Part shown: piece by piece, positions 1 through 8,265 of the stretch
How positions within the stretch are numbered: position 1 is the first letter of the stretch
Layout: every line of letters begins with the position of its first letter
Origin: Limisphaerales bacterium
GTDB taxonomy: Bacteria > Verrucomicrobiota > Verrucomicrobiia > Limisphaerales > UBA11358
Reading direction: 5' to 3'
DNA: 38,410 nucleotides
Assembly: GCA_027451565.1 (NCBI GenBank)
Contig: DAIDJC010000003.1
Coordinates: forward strand, 1-38,410
The notes under the pieces: generated by a model
What the model was told of the DNA's origin: nothing
The model's input: only the letters and a program-made list of their open reading frames with translations
The model's database searches: none
Program-made: the position numbers and the translations under genes

Positions 1-342
1 AATTTGCGGGCCAGCCACCACGATGGATTTGACCACGATTTTGGGGCTTAAGAGGGAAAAAGGCGAAATGGTGACAGCGGCTTTATCCATCTGGATGGCA
101 TTGGTGGCCAGATAGCCGGATGGATTTCCCACCGTCAATCCATTGATGCTTGCCGAACCGCCGAGAATGGATAGCCCCACACTGTCCACGGTGATCGGGG
201 TCTGCGTGATTTTGGGCCCCACCGTTTCGATGCCCAGCTTGATGATGCTTCCCAGGTTTGCGCCCACCAAAACCACTGCCACAAGCAGAACAACGATGAG
301 AGCGATTCCTCCGACCAGTAAAATCCGTTTGATTTTTTTCAT
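1..342 (-). CDS. N-terminal fragment of a membrane-anchored AsmA/DUF748-like protein (continues past the left edge)
   Basis: Absent from the ORF track because it has no stop in the window. My own translation of the reverse strand from the ATG (complement of 340-342) stays open to base 1: MKKIKRILLVGGIALIVVLLVAVVLVGANLGSIIKLGIETVGPKITQTPITVDSVGLSILGGSASINGLTVGNPSGYLATNAIQMDKAAVTISPFSLLSPKIVVKSIVVAGPQI. It has a basic N-terminus, one TM helix and then a beta-rich segment. The family name is from memory only. Confidence 0.6.
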   Translation of the reverse strand, partial: MKKIKRILLVGGIALIVVLLVAVVLVGANLGSIIKLGIETVGPKITQTPITVDSVGLSILGGSASINGLTVGNPSGYLATNAIQMDKAAVTISPFSLLSPKIVVKSIVVAGPQI

Positions 343-405
343 AAAATTTTTTGGTTGATCCGCCGGGTTTCCACTTTGCCACCCCAATCCAGGTGGGTTG
401 TCCGT

Positions 406-795
406 TTATTCTTGGGCCAGCACCTCTTTTATGCAACTGGAAAAATCCACCAAATGGTAGGGCTTGCAGAGGAAGCGGTTGGGTCGAACCGGGGCATCTG
501 CAAAAACCTGTTCATCCACGGTGCCACTGATGAGAATGATTTTCTGGTTCGGCTTGATTCGCCGGCATTCGCGGATCAGGTCCATGCCACTCATTCGGCC
601 CATTGCGTAATCCGTGATGACAAGATCGGGCTGGTTTTTGACGAACGCTTGGAGTGCGATTTCCGGATCCAGGAACGTGCGCACCTGGTACCCCATTGGT
701 TCGAGAGTCAGCAAGGCCAACTCCAGGATGAGGGGTTCATCATCCACCACAAAAATTCTGGGGGGATTTGACACGTCTGGTTCCGTGGGGTTCAT
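406..795 (-). CDS. stand-alone CheY-like response regulator (receiver domain only)
   Basis: ORF 406..846(-). REC hallmarks are present: VVDDEP acidic pocket, DLVITDYAM phospho-acceptor Asp, ILISG, and Lys in CKP. The track start at 846 is TTG, so I used the first ATG at 795 (MNPTEPDV...). Confidence 0.8.
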   Translation of the reverse strand: MNPTEPDVSNPPRIFVVDDEPLILELALLTLEPMGYQVRTFLDPEIALQAFVKNQPDLVITDYAMGRMSGMDLIRECRRIKPNQKIILISGTVDEQVFADAPVRPNRFLCKPYHLVDFSSCIKEVLAQE

Positions 796-1010
796 GGTCG
801 GAGGCGGTGTTGCAATGGGGGGCGTGCGGCAGTCAAGAGGCGCCAAAGAGCAAAGAGCGGCTTGACCTTCAACAGGAAATTATAGCACAAAACCATTCGC
901 TACGGCAAGTCCCAATCTCTGGTGACGAAAATTTCATTGATTCAATGTCAAGACAGGGCTAGCATCACTTTTGGCGGCAAATTCGCGGCCACATCCATGG
1001 ACTTTTCCAT

Positions 1011-2375
1011 ATGAACAAAAAGCGCGTGTCAGCACCAGGGGCGGCAGAATCCAACGGAGTCAAAGCACCGCGCAAGAAGGGCAAGCCATTGCTTGAAAAT
1101 GCGCTCACAGCGGCGAAGCGGTTATTAAAGCCCAAGAAAGTCGCGAAGGCATCGGAGCCGGCCACGGAGGTGGATGCGTCCACGGTGGTTCGGCGGTCTT
1201 ACACCAAAAAGAAAACAGGGGATGTGGAATCCGGTGTGCCCCCTATATTGCTTGAGGGAGATTCCCCGGTTGCGCCTCCGGCAGGCGGTCCTGGCGAGAA
1301 GTTCTCACTGGGCGCCACGCCAGCCACGCAGCAGTTTTCCGGGGGAGAATTGCCGGAGAGTTATGGCACCAAAAAATTGTTTTTGACTGCGAGGGATCCC
1401 CACTGGTTGTACGCGCATTGGGACCTGACACGCCCCCAGCAACTGGAATTGAACAGCGCCTCCACTGACGGACACCTTGTGTTGCGGATTTTTGCCGGCA
1501 AGATTGAGGGGCATCCCGCCTATGAAATCCATGTCCACCCGGAATCCCGGCATTGGTTTGCCCATGTGGAAAGGGCCGGGATTTCGTATGCGGCAGAGCT
1601 GGGTTATTACTCTGCGCTGGGCAAATGGACGAGAGTGGCGGTTTCGAGCGGCACGGTGACGCCGCCGGATGCGGTGGCGCTGGAGGATGAGGCGGATTAC
1701 GCCACAATACCCTTTGAATTTCCTTTTGCCCGGCTGATGCAAATCATTGAGGACGCAGTGCAGGAGAATATTTCCCTGGCACAGGCCATAGAGGAGTTGC
1801 GGCGAGCGGGTCATCCGGACCTTCCCAAATTCACTGCGGCCACGCTGGCTCTTCCGGGACGCCGACCCGCGCCTGCCTGGACACCGCAGCAGGAACAGGC
1901 CTTGGCGGCAGTCATCAACATTGACCAGACCCGCCGCATCTGGATGGGGTCCCTGGAGATCACCGAACTCGTCCGCCGCCGGGTTTCCCAAGATGTCACC
2001 TCCCCCACCCACGCGTTTGGGCAATCCAGCCTTTCCATTTCCACTCCCACCAGCCCCTCGGGTCCCGGCCCTGCCACCGCCCGCAATTTCTGGTTCAACG
2101 TCAATGCTGAGCTCATCATTTATGGAGCCACTGAGCCGGGAGCGAAAGTGACATTGGGCGGTCACGAGATCAAATTGCGATCAGACGGCTCCTTCAGCTA
2201 TAGGTTCTCATTGCCGGATGGGCAATATCAACTGCCTGCCGTGGCGGTATCGCCCCAGGGCGATGATGCCCGCGCAGCGGATTTGACCTTTAGCCGTGAC
2301 ACACGGTACTTGGGCGACGTGGGGACGCATCCGCAGGACCCTACGCTGCACCCGCCGTGCCCGGAAAATCTCTAA
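1011..2375 (+). CDS. DUF4912 domain protein (function unknown; usual partner of GH57 branching enzymes)
   Basis: 454-aa ORF with an ATG start. It begins with a Lys-rich low-complexity N-terminus. It then has the motif YGTKKLFLTARDPHWLYAHWDL and a C-terminal NFWFNVNAELIIYGATEPGAKVTLGGHEIKLRSDGSFSYRFSLPDG module, both of which I recognise as DUF4912. Confidence 0.75.
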   Translation: MNKKRVSAPGAAESNGVKAPRKKGKPLLENALTAAKRLLKPKKVAKASEPATEVDASTVVRRSYTKKKTGDVESGVPPILLEGDSPVAPPAGGPGEKFSLGATPATQQFSGGELPESYGTKKLFLTARDPHWLYAHWDLTRPQQLELNSASTDGHLVLRIFAGKIEGHPAYEIHVHPESRHWFAHVERAGISYAAELGYYSALGKWTRVAVSSGTVTPPDAVALEDEADYATIPFEFPFARLMQIIEDAVQENISLAQAIEELRRAGHPDLPKFTAATLALPGRRPAPAWTPQQEQALAAVINIDQTRRIWMGSLEITELVRRRVSQDVTSPTHAFGQSSLSISTPTSPSGPGPATARNFWFNVNAELIIYGATEPGAKVTLGGHEIKLRSDGSFSYRFSLPDGQYQLPAVAVSPQGDDARAADLTFSRDTRYLGDVGTHPQDPTLHPPCPENL

Positions 2376-2381
2376 GCAGTC

Positions 2382-2612
2382 ATGGATGCGCAAGAACGAG
2401 GGGCCTTGATGCTGGTTCGATTTGTGGCGGTGGCCTTGATCGGGATGTCCGCAGTGGAGACTGGCTTGTATGCGGTTCTTTGCCGGCAACATCAGACCGC
2501 CGTGGAGATCATGCCCTGCGTGATTCGGTCCCTGCCTTTGGTTGCCGGGGTGCTGATACTCGTGAAATCCCGCTCTCTGGCCGTCTGGATTTCTGATTTG
2601 ATGGACTTGTGA
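2382..2612 (+). CDS. small hypothetical membrane protein (two predicted TM helices)
   Basis: 76-aa ORF starting 7 nt after the DUF4912 stop. It has hydrophobic segments LMLVRFVAVALIGMSAV and LPLVAGVLILV. No family recognised. Confidence 0.4.
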   Translation: MDAQERGALMLVRFVAVALIGMSAVETGLYAVLCRQHQTAVEIMPCVIRSLPLVAGVLILVKSRSLAVWISDLMDL

Positions 2613-2775
2613 GAGAACGCGCGACGGCTTTTCCTCATGGAAAGGCGCCTTGTCGTTCCGCCCTTGTTATTTCCGGTTGATGTTATTTCGATTGACGCGC
2701 CCTCTGGCTTCATTTCCACTAGGGATGACCGACATGATTTTTCGACAATCCTCCAAAACCCGGGATGAGAACTGA

Positions 2776-4359
2776 ATGCAAGGCTATCTCTCCATAATCC
2801 TGCATGCGCACCTGCCGTTTGTGCGGCACCCGGAACACCCCCGGTTTTTGGAGGAAAGCTGGCTGTTTGAGGCCATCACGGAGACCTACCTGCCCTTGCT
2901 TCACGTTTTGGAAGGCTGGCAAAGGGACCAAGTGGATGCGCACATCACGCTATCCCTTTCCCCGACTCTCTGCGCCATGCTCGGGGACGAATTGCTGCGG
3001 GGGCGTTATGAGCGCCATTTGAACGGGTTGGTGGACCTTGCAGAAAAAGAAATCCACCGGACGCATTGGGACAGGTCGTATCGCGAACTAGCCTGGATGT
3101 ATCATCACAAGTTTTGCCTCGCCCGGGATAGCTGGCGGCGGCACTGCGGAGACCTGATCGCTCCCTTCCGCCAAATGCAGGAACAAGGCCGGTTGGAAAT
3201 CATCACCACCGCCGCCACACACGGGCTTTTGCCGCTGATGTCGGGCCATGCGCCATCCCTCCGGGGCCAAATTCTGACAGCCCGCGACCATTATTCCGCC
3301 TGTTTCGGTCGTGAGCCGCGCGGGATCTGGCTGCCCGAATGCGCTTATGTGGAGCAGGTGGAACCCATCCTGCAAGAAGCCAATATCCGGTGGTTTGTGC
3401 TGGACACCCATGGCTTGTTGCACGCGCGCCCCCGGGCAAGGTTTGGAACTTTTGCGCCCATTTTCACCCCCCACGGATTGGCGGCATTTGGCCGCGATTT
3501 TGATTCGTCGCGCCAGGTCTGGAGCAAACACGAGGGTTACCCGGGGGATCCGCGATACCGCGATTTTTATCGAGATATTGGGTTTGACCTGGATTTTGAT
3601 TACGTCCGGGAACATCTGCCCTCGCCGGACAACCGTGGTTTCACGGGAATGAAGTACTACCGGATCACGGGTGGGACTGGCCGAAAGGAAATCTACCAAC
3701 GCGACGACGCCTTGCAGGCGGCGAGCGAGCACGCCTCTCATTTTTTAGGGGAGCGGATGGGTCAACTTCGAAAGTTGGAGGGGATTTTGGACCGGCCCCC
3801 CATCATCGTGGCACCCTATGATGCCGAATTATTTGGTCATTGGTGGTATGAGGGGCCGGAATTTCTGGATTTTCTGGCGCGCAAAGCCGTTCATGAGCAA
3901 CCGGGGCTCAAGTTGGCGACCCCCGGGGAATACCTGCACCGGCACCCGACCAACCAGGTGGCAACTCCTGGAGCCTCTAGCTGGGGCGAAGAGGGGTATT
4001 GGCGGGTTTGGTTGAATGAGACCAACGAATGGATTTACCCGCACCTGCAAATTGCCCAGGACCGGATGAGCCAATTGGCAAAAAAGCATGGCGGGCGGAA
4101 AAACGTGTCGGACCTTCAAAACCGCGCCTTGAAACAGGCAGCCCGGGAACTTCTTCTTGCCCAGGCCAGTGACTGGCCTTTTATCCTGCGTGCTGGCACA
4201 TGCCCGGAGTATGCGCGACGCCGGGTAAAAGACCACCTGTTGAGATTCATTGCCTTGCACGAACAACTATCCCTGACCCAACTGGATGAGGCCTGGCTCT
4301 CCGGGATTGAATCACGCGACAACCTGTTTCCCGACGTGGATTGGCGCTATTGGCAATGA
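2776..4359 (+). CDS. glycoside hydrolase family 57 1,4-alpha-glucan branching enzyme (DUF1957-type)
   Basis: 527 aa. The N-terminus GYLSIILHAHLPFVRHPE, the nucleophile region GIWLPECAYV and the acid/base region APYDAELFGHWWYEGPEFL are typical of GH57 branching enzymes. Confidence 0.85.
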   Translation: MQGYLSIILHAHLPFVRHPEHPRFLEESWLFEAITETYLPLLHVLEGWQRDQVDAHITLSLSPTLCAMLGDELLRGRYERHLNGLVDLAEKEIHRTHWDRSYRELAWMYHHKFCLARDSWRRHCGDLIAPFRQMQEQGRLEIITTAATHGLLPLMSGHAPSLRGQILTARDHYSACFGREPRGIWLPECAYVEQVEPILQEANIRWFVLDTHGLLHARPRARFGTFAPIFTPHGLAAFGRDFDSSRQVWSKHEGYPGDPRYRDFYRDIGFDLDFDYVREHLPSPDNRGFTGMKYYRITGGTGRKEIYQRDDALQAASEHASHFLGERMGQLRKLEGILDRPPIIVAPYDAELFGHWWYEGPEFLDFLARKAVHEQPGLKLATPGEYLHRHPTNQVATPGASSWGEEGYWRVWLNETNEWIYPHLQIAQDRMSQLAKKHGGRKNVSDLQNRALKQAARELLLAQASDWPFILRAGTCPEYARRRVKDHLLRFIALHEQLSLTQLDEAWLSGIESRDNLFPDVDWRYWQ

Positions 4360-4439
4360 TTCCGGGCCAGGCCGCGTTATAATTTGCTGTTGCCAAGAAT
4401 GGGAGGGCGGCTAACCTGTTTTGCGGCTCACAAAATTAT

Positions 4440-5318
4440 ATGCGTTTCTTCCAAATCCTGATCTTTTTGGCATCCATGGCCGGACTGTCTGCCTTTGCGC
4501 AGGTGACCGTGGATTTGAAGCTGGATCAAACCGAGTATCTGCCCGGGGAATCCATTCCCCTCGAGGTCCGCATCACCAATCTCAGTGGTCAACAATTGCA
4601 TTTTGGCGACGTGGCTGGATGGCTGACCTTTGAAGTGGAAAGCTCGGATGGGTTTGATGTGGTGAAGGATTCCGAAGTGGAGACCCCCGGCGCGTTTGAT
4701 TTGCTTTCATCCCAATCCGGCACCTTGCGTGTGGACATTGCCCCTCATTTTGAACTCGCCCGGATTGGACATTTCAAGGTCACCGCCTTTTTGCATATCA
4801 AGAGCTGGAATTCCAACATCACCAGCTCCAAGGCGGAATTTGACATTGTCAGCGGGGTAAAGGTCTGGTCCCAGCCTTTTGGGATGCCAGCTGTTTCGGG
4901 ACCTCCTGAGATGCGTGAGTACAGCCTGTATAAAGCCAATTACCTCCGCCAACAATTGCGGCTTTACCTGCAATTGAGCGACACGAGTGAAGTGCGCCTC
5001 TACAAGGTGTTCGCCCTGGGCCCCATGGTTTCCTTCGGTTACCCGGAGGAGCAGGTGGACCAGCACAGCCAGCTCCACGTTTTGTGGCAGACCGGTGCGC
5101 AAACCTTTAGCTATTGCGTTGTCTCACCCCTTGGCGAGGTGGTGGAACGCAACGAATATAAAATCACCGACGACCGGCCCAAATTGCAAATCACCGATCT
5201 GGGCGATGTGGTGGTGAAAGGCGGGCTCAAGCAGGTGCCCGATTCGGATATCCCGCTGGTTTTGCCCCCCAGCGCCGTGCCTGCCAACCTTCCTCCAACG
5301 CCTCCCGCAAGCAAATGA
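4440..5318 (+). CDS. secreted hypothetical protein
   Basis: 292 aa with a signal peptide (MRFFQILIFLASMAGLSAFAQ), a beta-rich body and a Pro-rich C-terminus. No family recognised. Confidence 0.6.
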   Translation: MRFFQILIFLASMAGLSAFAQVTVDLKLDQTEYLPGESIPLEVRITNLSGQQLHFGDVAGWLTFEVESSDGFDVVKDSEVETPGAFDLLSSQSGTLRVDIAPHFELARIGHFKVTAFLHIKSWNSNITSSKAEFDIVSGVKVWSQPFGMPAVSGPPEMREYSLYKANYLRQQLRLYLQLSDTSEVRLYKVFALGPMVSFGYPEEQVDQHSQLHVLWQTGAQTFSYCVVSPLGEVVERNEYKITDDRPKLQITDLGDVVVKGGLKQVPDSDIPLVLPPSAVPANLPPTPPASK

Positions 5319-5325
5319 GACGGGT

Positions 5326-6390
5326 TTAATTCTGGAGATTATCCACGGAACTGCAGTACTGCTCCACATCCTGCTGAACCATCCGCGCGCGCGTGACGGC
5401 ATTGTCCTGGGTTTCACCAAAAAAGGATTTCAGGGTGATGCGCACGGCCGCAATGTTGTCGCCATTCCGGTCTGTCAAGGGCATGGTGACGATGACCGTG
5501 CCATGGTCAAAGCCCAGCGAAACGGTTCCATTTTCAATGGCCAATTTCTCGGCATCGCTTCCGTTCTTGCCAAGATCAGAAGGATTTTTACTGGCAATGA
5601 CCTTGGGCGCATTGGCGCCGCTCTGGGTGTAGATTTTGATATCCACCAACTTGGGACGGCCCGCGATGATATCGTTTACGATCTGCTGGGCGGCAGGCAC
5701 CAAGGGGGTGTAGGTGACGGTGGAATTGCCGAAATAGGTGACGGAATCGGATTTGGTCCAAAATCCAATCATTCCCTCTGGGTTGGTGGCGCCGCTATCG
5801 GTGATGGTGGGAAGCGCCTTTTGTCCATCCACATAGCAACTGATATAAGTGCCGGTGCAATCCAGTTTGATTTGGTGCCAGGTGTTGGCATCCACAGCCA
5901 ATGGCAGTTTTACCGGCGAAACCAAGTCTCCGTTCACTATTTTGTAAAAAGCGATATTTTTACCCAGGACACTGACGCGCAGGACGTAGAAATTGGAAGA
6001 ATTCTGGTACCTAAAGACCAGGCCAGCCATTTGTTCCACTGCGCCAGTGACCACCTCAAAACGTGTTTCGAAAGTGAAGTCCTTGAAGGATTGATTGGTA
6101 TAAACGAGGATGGGATAGCGTTCGTCCGTGGGATCCTGGCTGGTTTGGGCCAGGACCCAGCCTGGATTCAGCAGCAATTGATGGGTGCCATAGGCTTGAA
6201 ACTGGCTGGGGACCTGGGCTGAGACGATCTGCCAGACGGGCGGCACGCCACCACCATGCAAAACCGGCAGAAAATGCGGGGGAACGGATCCTTCCGCATC
6301 CTCGCCGAAATTAAAACTCAAAGTGGCAGCCAAGGAGGGCAGAGCGCACCACAAAGCCAGAACGACGAAAATGGAAACCTTTGACAGCAT
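5326..6390 (-). CDS. secreted protein with LamG/DUF1080-like jelly-roll N-domain and unassigned C-domain
   Basis: 354 aa with a signal peptide (VVLALWCALPSLAA). The segment FKDFTFETRFEVVTGAVEQMAGLVFRYQNSSNFYVLRVS...WHQIKLDCTG...YVDG resembles concanavalin/LamG-type domains. The family call is tentative. Confidence 0.6.
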   Translation of the reverse strand: MLSKVSIFVVLALWCALPSLAATLSFNFGEDAEGSVPPHFLPVLHGGGVPPVWQIVSAQVPSQFQAYGTHQLLLNPGWVLAQTSQDPTDERYPILVYTNQSFKDFTFETRFEVVTGAVEQMAGLVFRYQNSSNFYVLRVSVLGKNIAFYKIVNGDLVSPVKLPLAVDANTWHQIKLDCTGTYISCYVDGQKALPTITDSGATNPEGMIGFWTKSDSVTYFGNSTVTYTPLVPAAQQIVNDIIAGRPKLVDIKIYTQSGANAPKVIASKNPSDLGKNGSDAEKLAIENGTVSLGFDHGTVIVTMPLTDRNGDNIAAVRITLKSFFGETQDNAVTRARMVQQDVEQYCSSVDNLQN

Positions 6391-6511
6391 GCGGGGGAAG
6401 GGTACCAGAACCGTTTACCCCAGCCAAAAGCATTTTGAGAACCACCCTTGGGCGATTGTTTGCCATGGGTGGGAAGGGGTTTTCAGACCTTGAGGGAGGC
6501 CTTATTGGGCC

Positions 6512-7558
6512 TTATTGAATACGGGCCAGAATCTGGTCGGTGATTGTTTTTACAGCGGCTTCAGCCTCGGGATCCGGGGTGGGGCCGGACTCGGCTTTGG
6601 CGGGAACCTGGCAAGTCACGCCGGGACGCCATTCATCATTGTCGCACAATTCACATTCCTTGAGCCCGTGGCGCGGGTCCGGTATGCCGAGGCTTTGTTT
6701 GATTTTGAGGAGGTCCTTGAGCTGGCCAGGTGTCATGGTGTTGGCCGGCTTGCCCACCTGGGCAGTCACCAGGATGGTTCTGCAATAGGCCTCCAGAATT
6801 TCCATTTTGAAATAGGCATCCTCCACGTTGTTGTGGCTCCAGGAGACGACCCCGTGATTGGCCATGAGAATGGTGTTGTGCTTATCCACCAACTCGGCCA
6901 CAAGCTGGCCCATTTCGGGCGTGCCGGGCGTGCGGTATGGCGCAATGGCGACTGAGGCAAAAACCTCGAATTCGGGAATCATGCAGGTGGGAGGCAAAAC
7001 TCCAGCCACGGCAAAACCCGTGGAATAAGGGGGATGACAGTGGCAGGTAGCCAGAGCCTTGGGCTGCCGCTTCATGATCTGCAAATGCATGAGAATCTCG
7101 CTGGTCCGCTTCTTGGTGCCGGCCAATTGGTTCCCATCAAAATCCACCAGGCACATGTCCTCCGGCTTCATGAAGCCCTTGCTCACCAAGGTGGGTGTGC
7201 AAAGGGCAATATCCTCCCCGACACGGATGGCAATATTGCCGCCGTTGCCGTCCACGTATTCCCGCTGCCAGAGGCGGCGGCCGATATCGCAAAGCTGCTC
7301 CTTGAGTGCCTGGGCATGGGCCGAATTGAAAAAGGCCTCCAGCTCGGCCTTGGGGGATTTGGAGTTCAGCGGTTTGGCAGGCGCCGCCGGAGCTTTGGCA
7401 GGCGACCCACCAGCTCCAGCCCGCATTCCACCGCCCTGCAGTTCATGCAAAAAATCACGCGCTGACGGGGTAAGAATGACGTCACCGGGCAATTGCTTCC
7501 AATCCCTGCCTTCGCGCACCATTTCCTGCAAATCGCGGACACTGATCACTTGGCTCAT
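6512..7558 (-). CDS. class II aldolase (FucA/RhaD-like, fuculose/rhamnulose-1-phosphate aldolase type) with N- and C-terminal extensions; BMC cargo
   Basis: 348 aa with an ATG start. The core has GNGGNIAIR, TPTLVSKGF, SEILMHLQIM, HCHPPY and MANHGVVSW motifs of the class II aldolase/adducin fold. It is the last gene of the BMC operon, 3 nt after the upstream BMC-P stop. Confidence 0.85.
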   Translation of the reverse strand: MSQVISVRDLQEMVREGRDWKQLPGDVILTPSARDFLHELQGGGMRAGAGGSPAKAPAAPAKPLNSKSPKAELEAFFNSAHAQALKEQLCDIGRRLWQREYVDGNGGNIAIRVGEDIALCTPTLVSKGFMKPEDMCLVDFDGNQLAGTKKRTSEILMHLQIMKRQPKALATCHCHPPYSTGFAVAGVLPPTCMIPEFEVFASVAIAPYRTPGTPEMGQLVAELVDKHNTILMANHGVVSWSHNNVEDAYFKMEILEAYCRTILVTAQVGKPANTMTPGQLKDLLKIKQSLGIPDPRHGLKECELCDNDEWRPGVTCQVPAKAESGPTPDPEAEAAVKTITDQILARIQ

Positions 7559-7561
7559 AAT

Positions 7562-7867
7562 TTATTTCTTGAATGGTCTGTAAAAAATTTCGTCCACCAG
7601 CGCGGCGCTGATGGCATCCACCGGCGTGGGTTCTTCAAAAGGCTGGGCGGCTTCGCGACCCTCCTCAAAGCCAATCACCTGCCTTACGTTGGCACCCAGG
7701 CTGTCATAGACCACCAGACTGGGGTCCTGCCCCATGACATCGGCGGCATTCAATCCGGCAGCAAATTGCCGGCGGCTGAATGGGCTTACCAGCAGGAACC
7801 GGCCCCCGCGCAGCGTTTCCACGCTGCGGCTCAAGGTGACACGCCCCAACACAGTTCCCAGTTTCAT
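7562..7867 (-). CDS. BMC-P (EutN/CcmL-family pentamer vertex protein), divergent paralog
   Basis: 101 aa. MKLGTVLGRVTLSRS...RFLLVSP...LVVYDSLGA...PVDAISAALVDEI matches the EutN/CcmL pattern. Confidence 0.75.
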   Translation of the reverse strand: MKLGTVLGRVTLSRSVETLRGGRFLLVSPFSRRQFAAGLNAADVMGQDPSLVVYDSLGANVRQVIGFEEGREAAQPFEEPTPVDAISAALVDEIFYRPFKK

Positions 7868-7880
7868 GCGCCAAATTTAA

Positions 7881-8159
7881 TCAAATACGTTTACCCGGCT
7901 CCGATTCATCCACAATTCCCACCACCAGCCAGCGGACGGGACTTTTATCGTCACCCACCGCCTTGCGGGCGGCCAGGCCATCGGACGATAAAATCACTTC
8001 CTGATGCATTCCGGCGCCATGGCAATCAATGGCAATGAGCGGGTTGCCTTCCGGCTCTCCGCCTGCACCAACCGGCTGGCAAATCACCAGTCTCCAGCCC
8101 TCCAGACTGGGGTGTTTGCGGGTGGCAACCATGTTGCCCTCGACTCGTGCCAGCAACAT
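7881..8159 (-). CDS. BMC-P (EutN/CcmL-family pentamer vertex protein)
   Basis: The canonical N-terminus MLLARVEGNMVATRKHPSLEGWRLVICQP...IAIDCHGAG...VRWLVVGIVD starts at the ATG at 8159. The track ORF extends to an ATG at 8228 and adds 23 atypical residues (MPCMLENLPCWESGAGACFRHDF), so the start is ambiguous. Confidence 0.8.
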   Translation of the reverse strand: MLLARVEGNMVATRKHPSLEGWRLVICQPVGAGGEPEGNPLIAIDCHGAGMHQEVILSSDGLAARKAVGDDKSPVRWLVVGIVDESEPGKRI

Positions 8160-8265
8160 AAAATCATGCCTGAAACATGCGCCCGCCCCGGATTCCCAGC
8201 AGGGCAGGTTTTCCAGCATGCAAGGCATGCGCGCAGTTGTCCAAGCCGGGCCATTCCATAAGTCA

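Noticed and set aside
83-436. ORFs 83..436(-) and 143..358(+) at the left edge.
   Set aside because: A different minus-strand frame (1..342) gives a coherent TM-anchored protein that is open to the window edge. The listed ORFs translate to Gly/Arg/His-rich nonsense.
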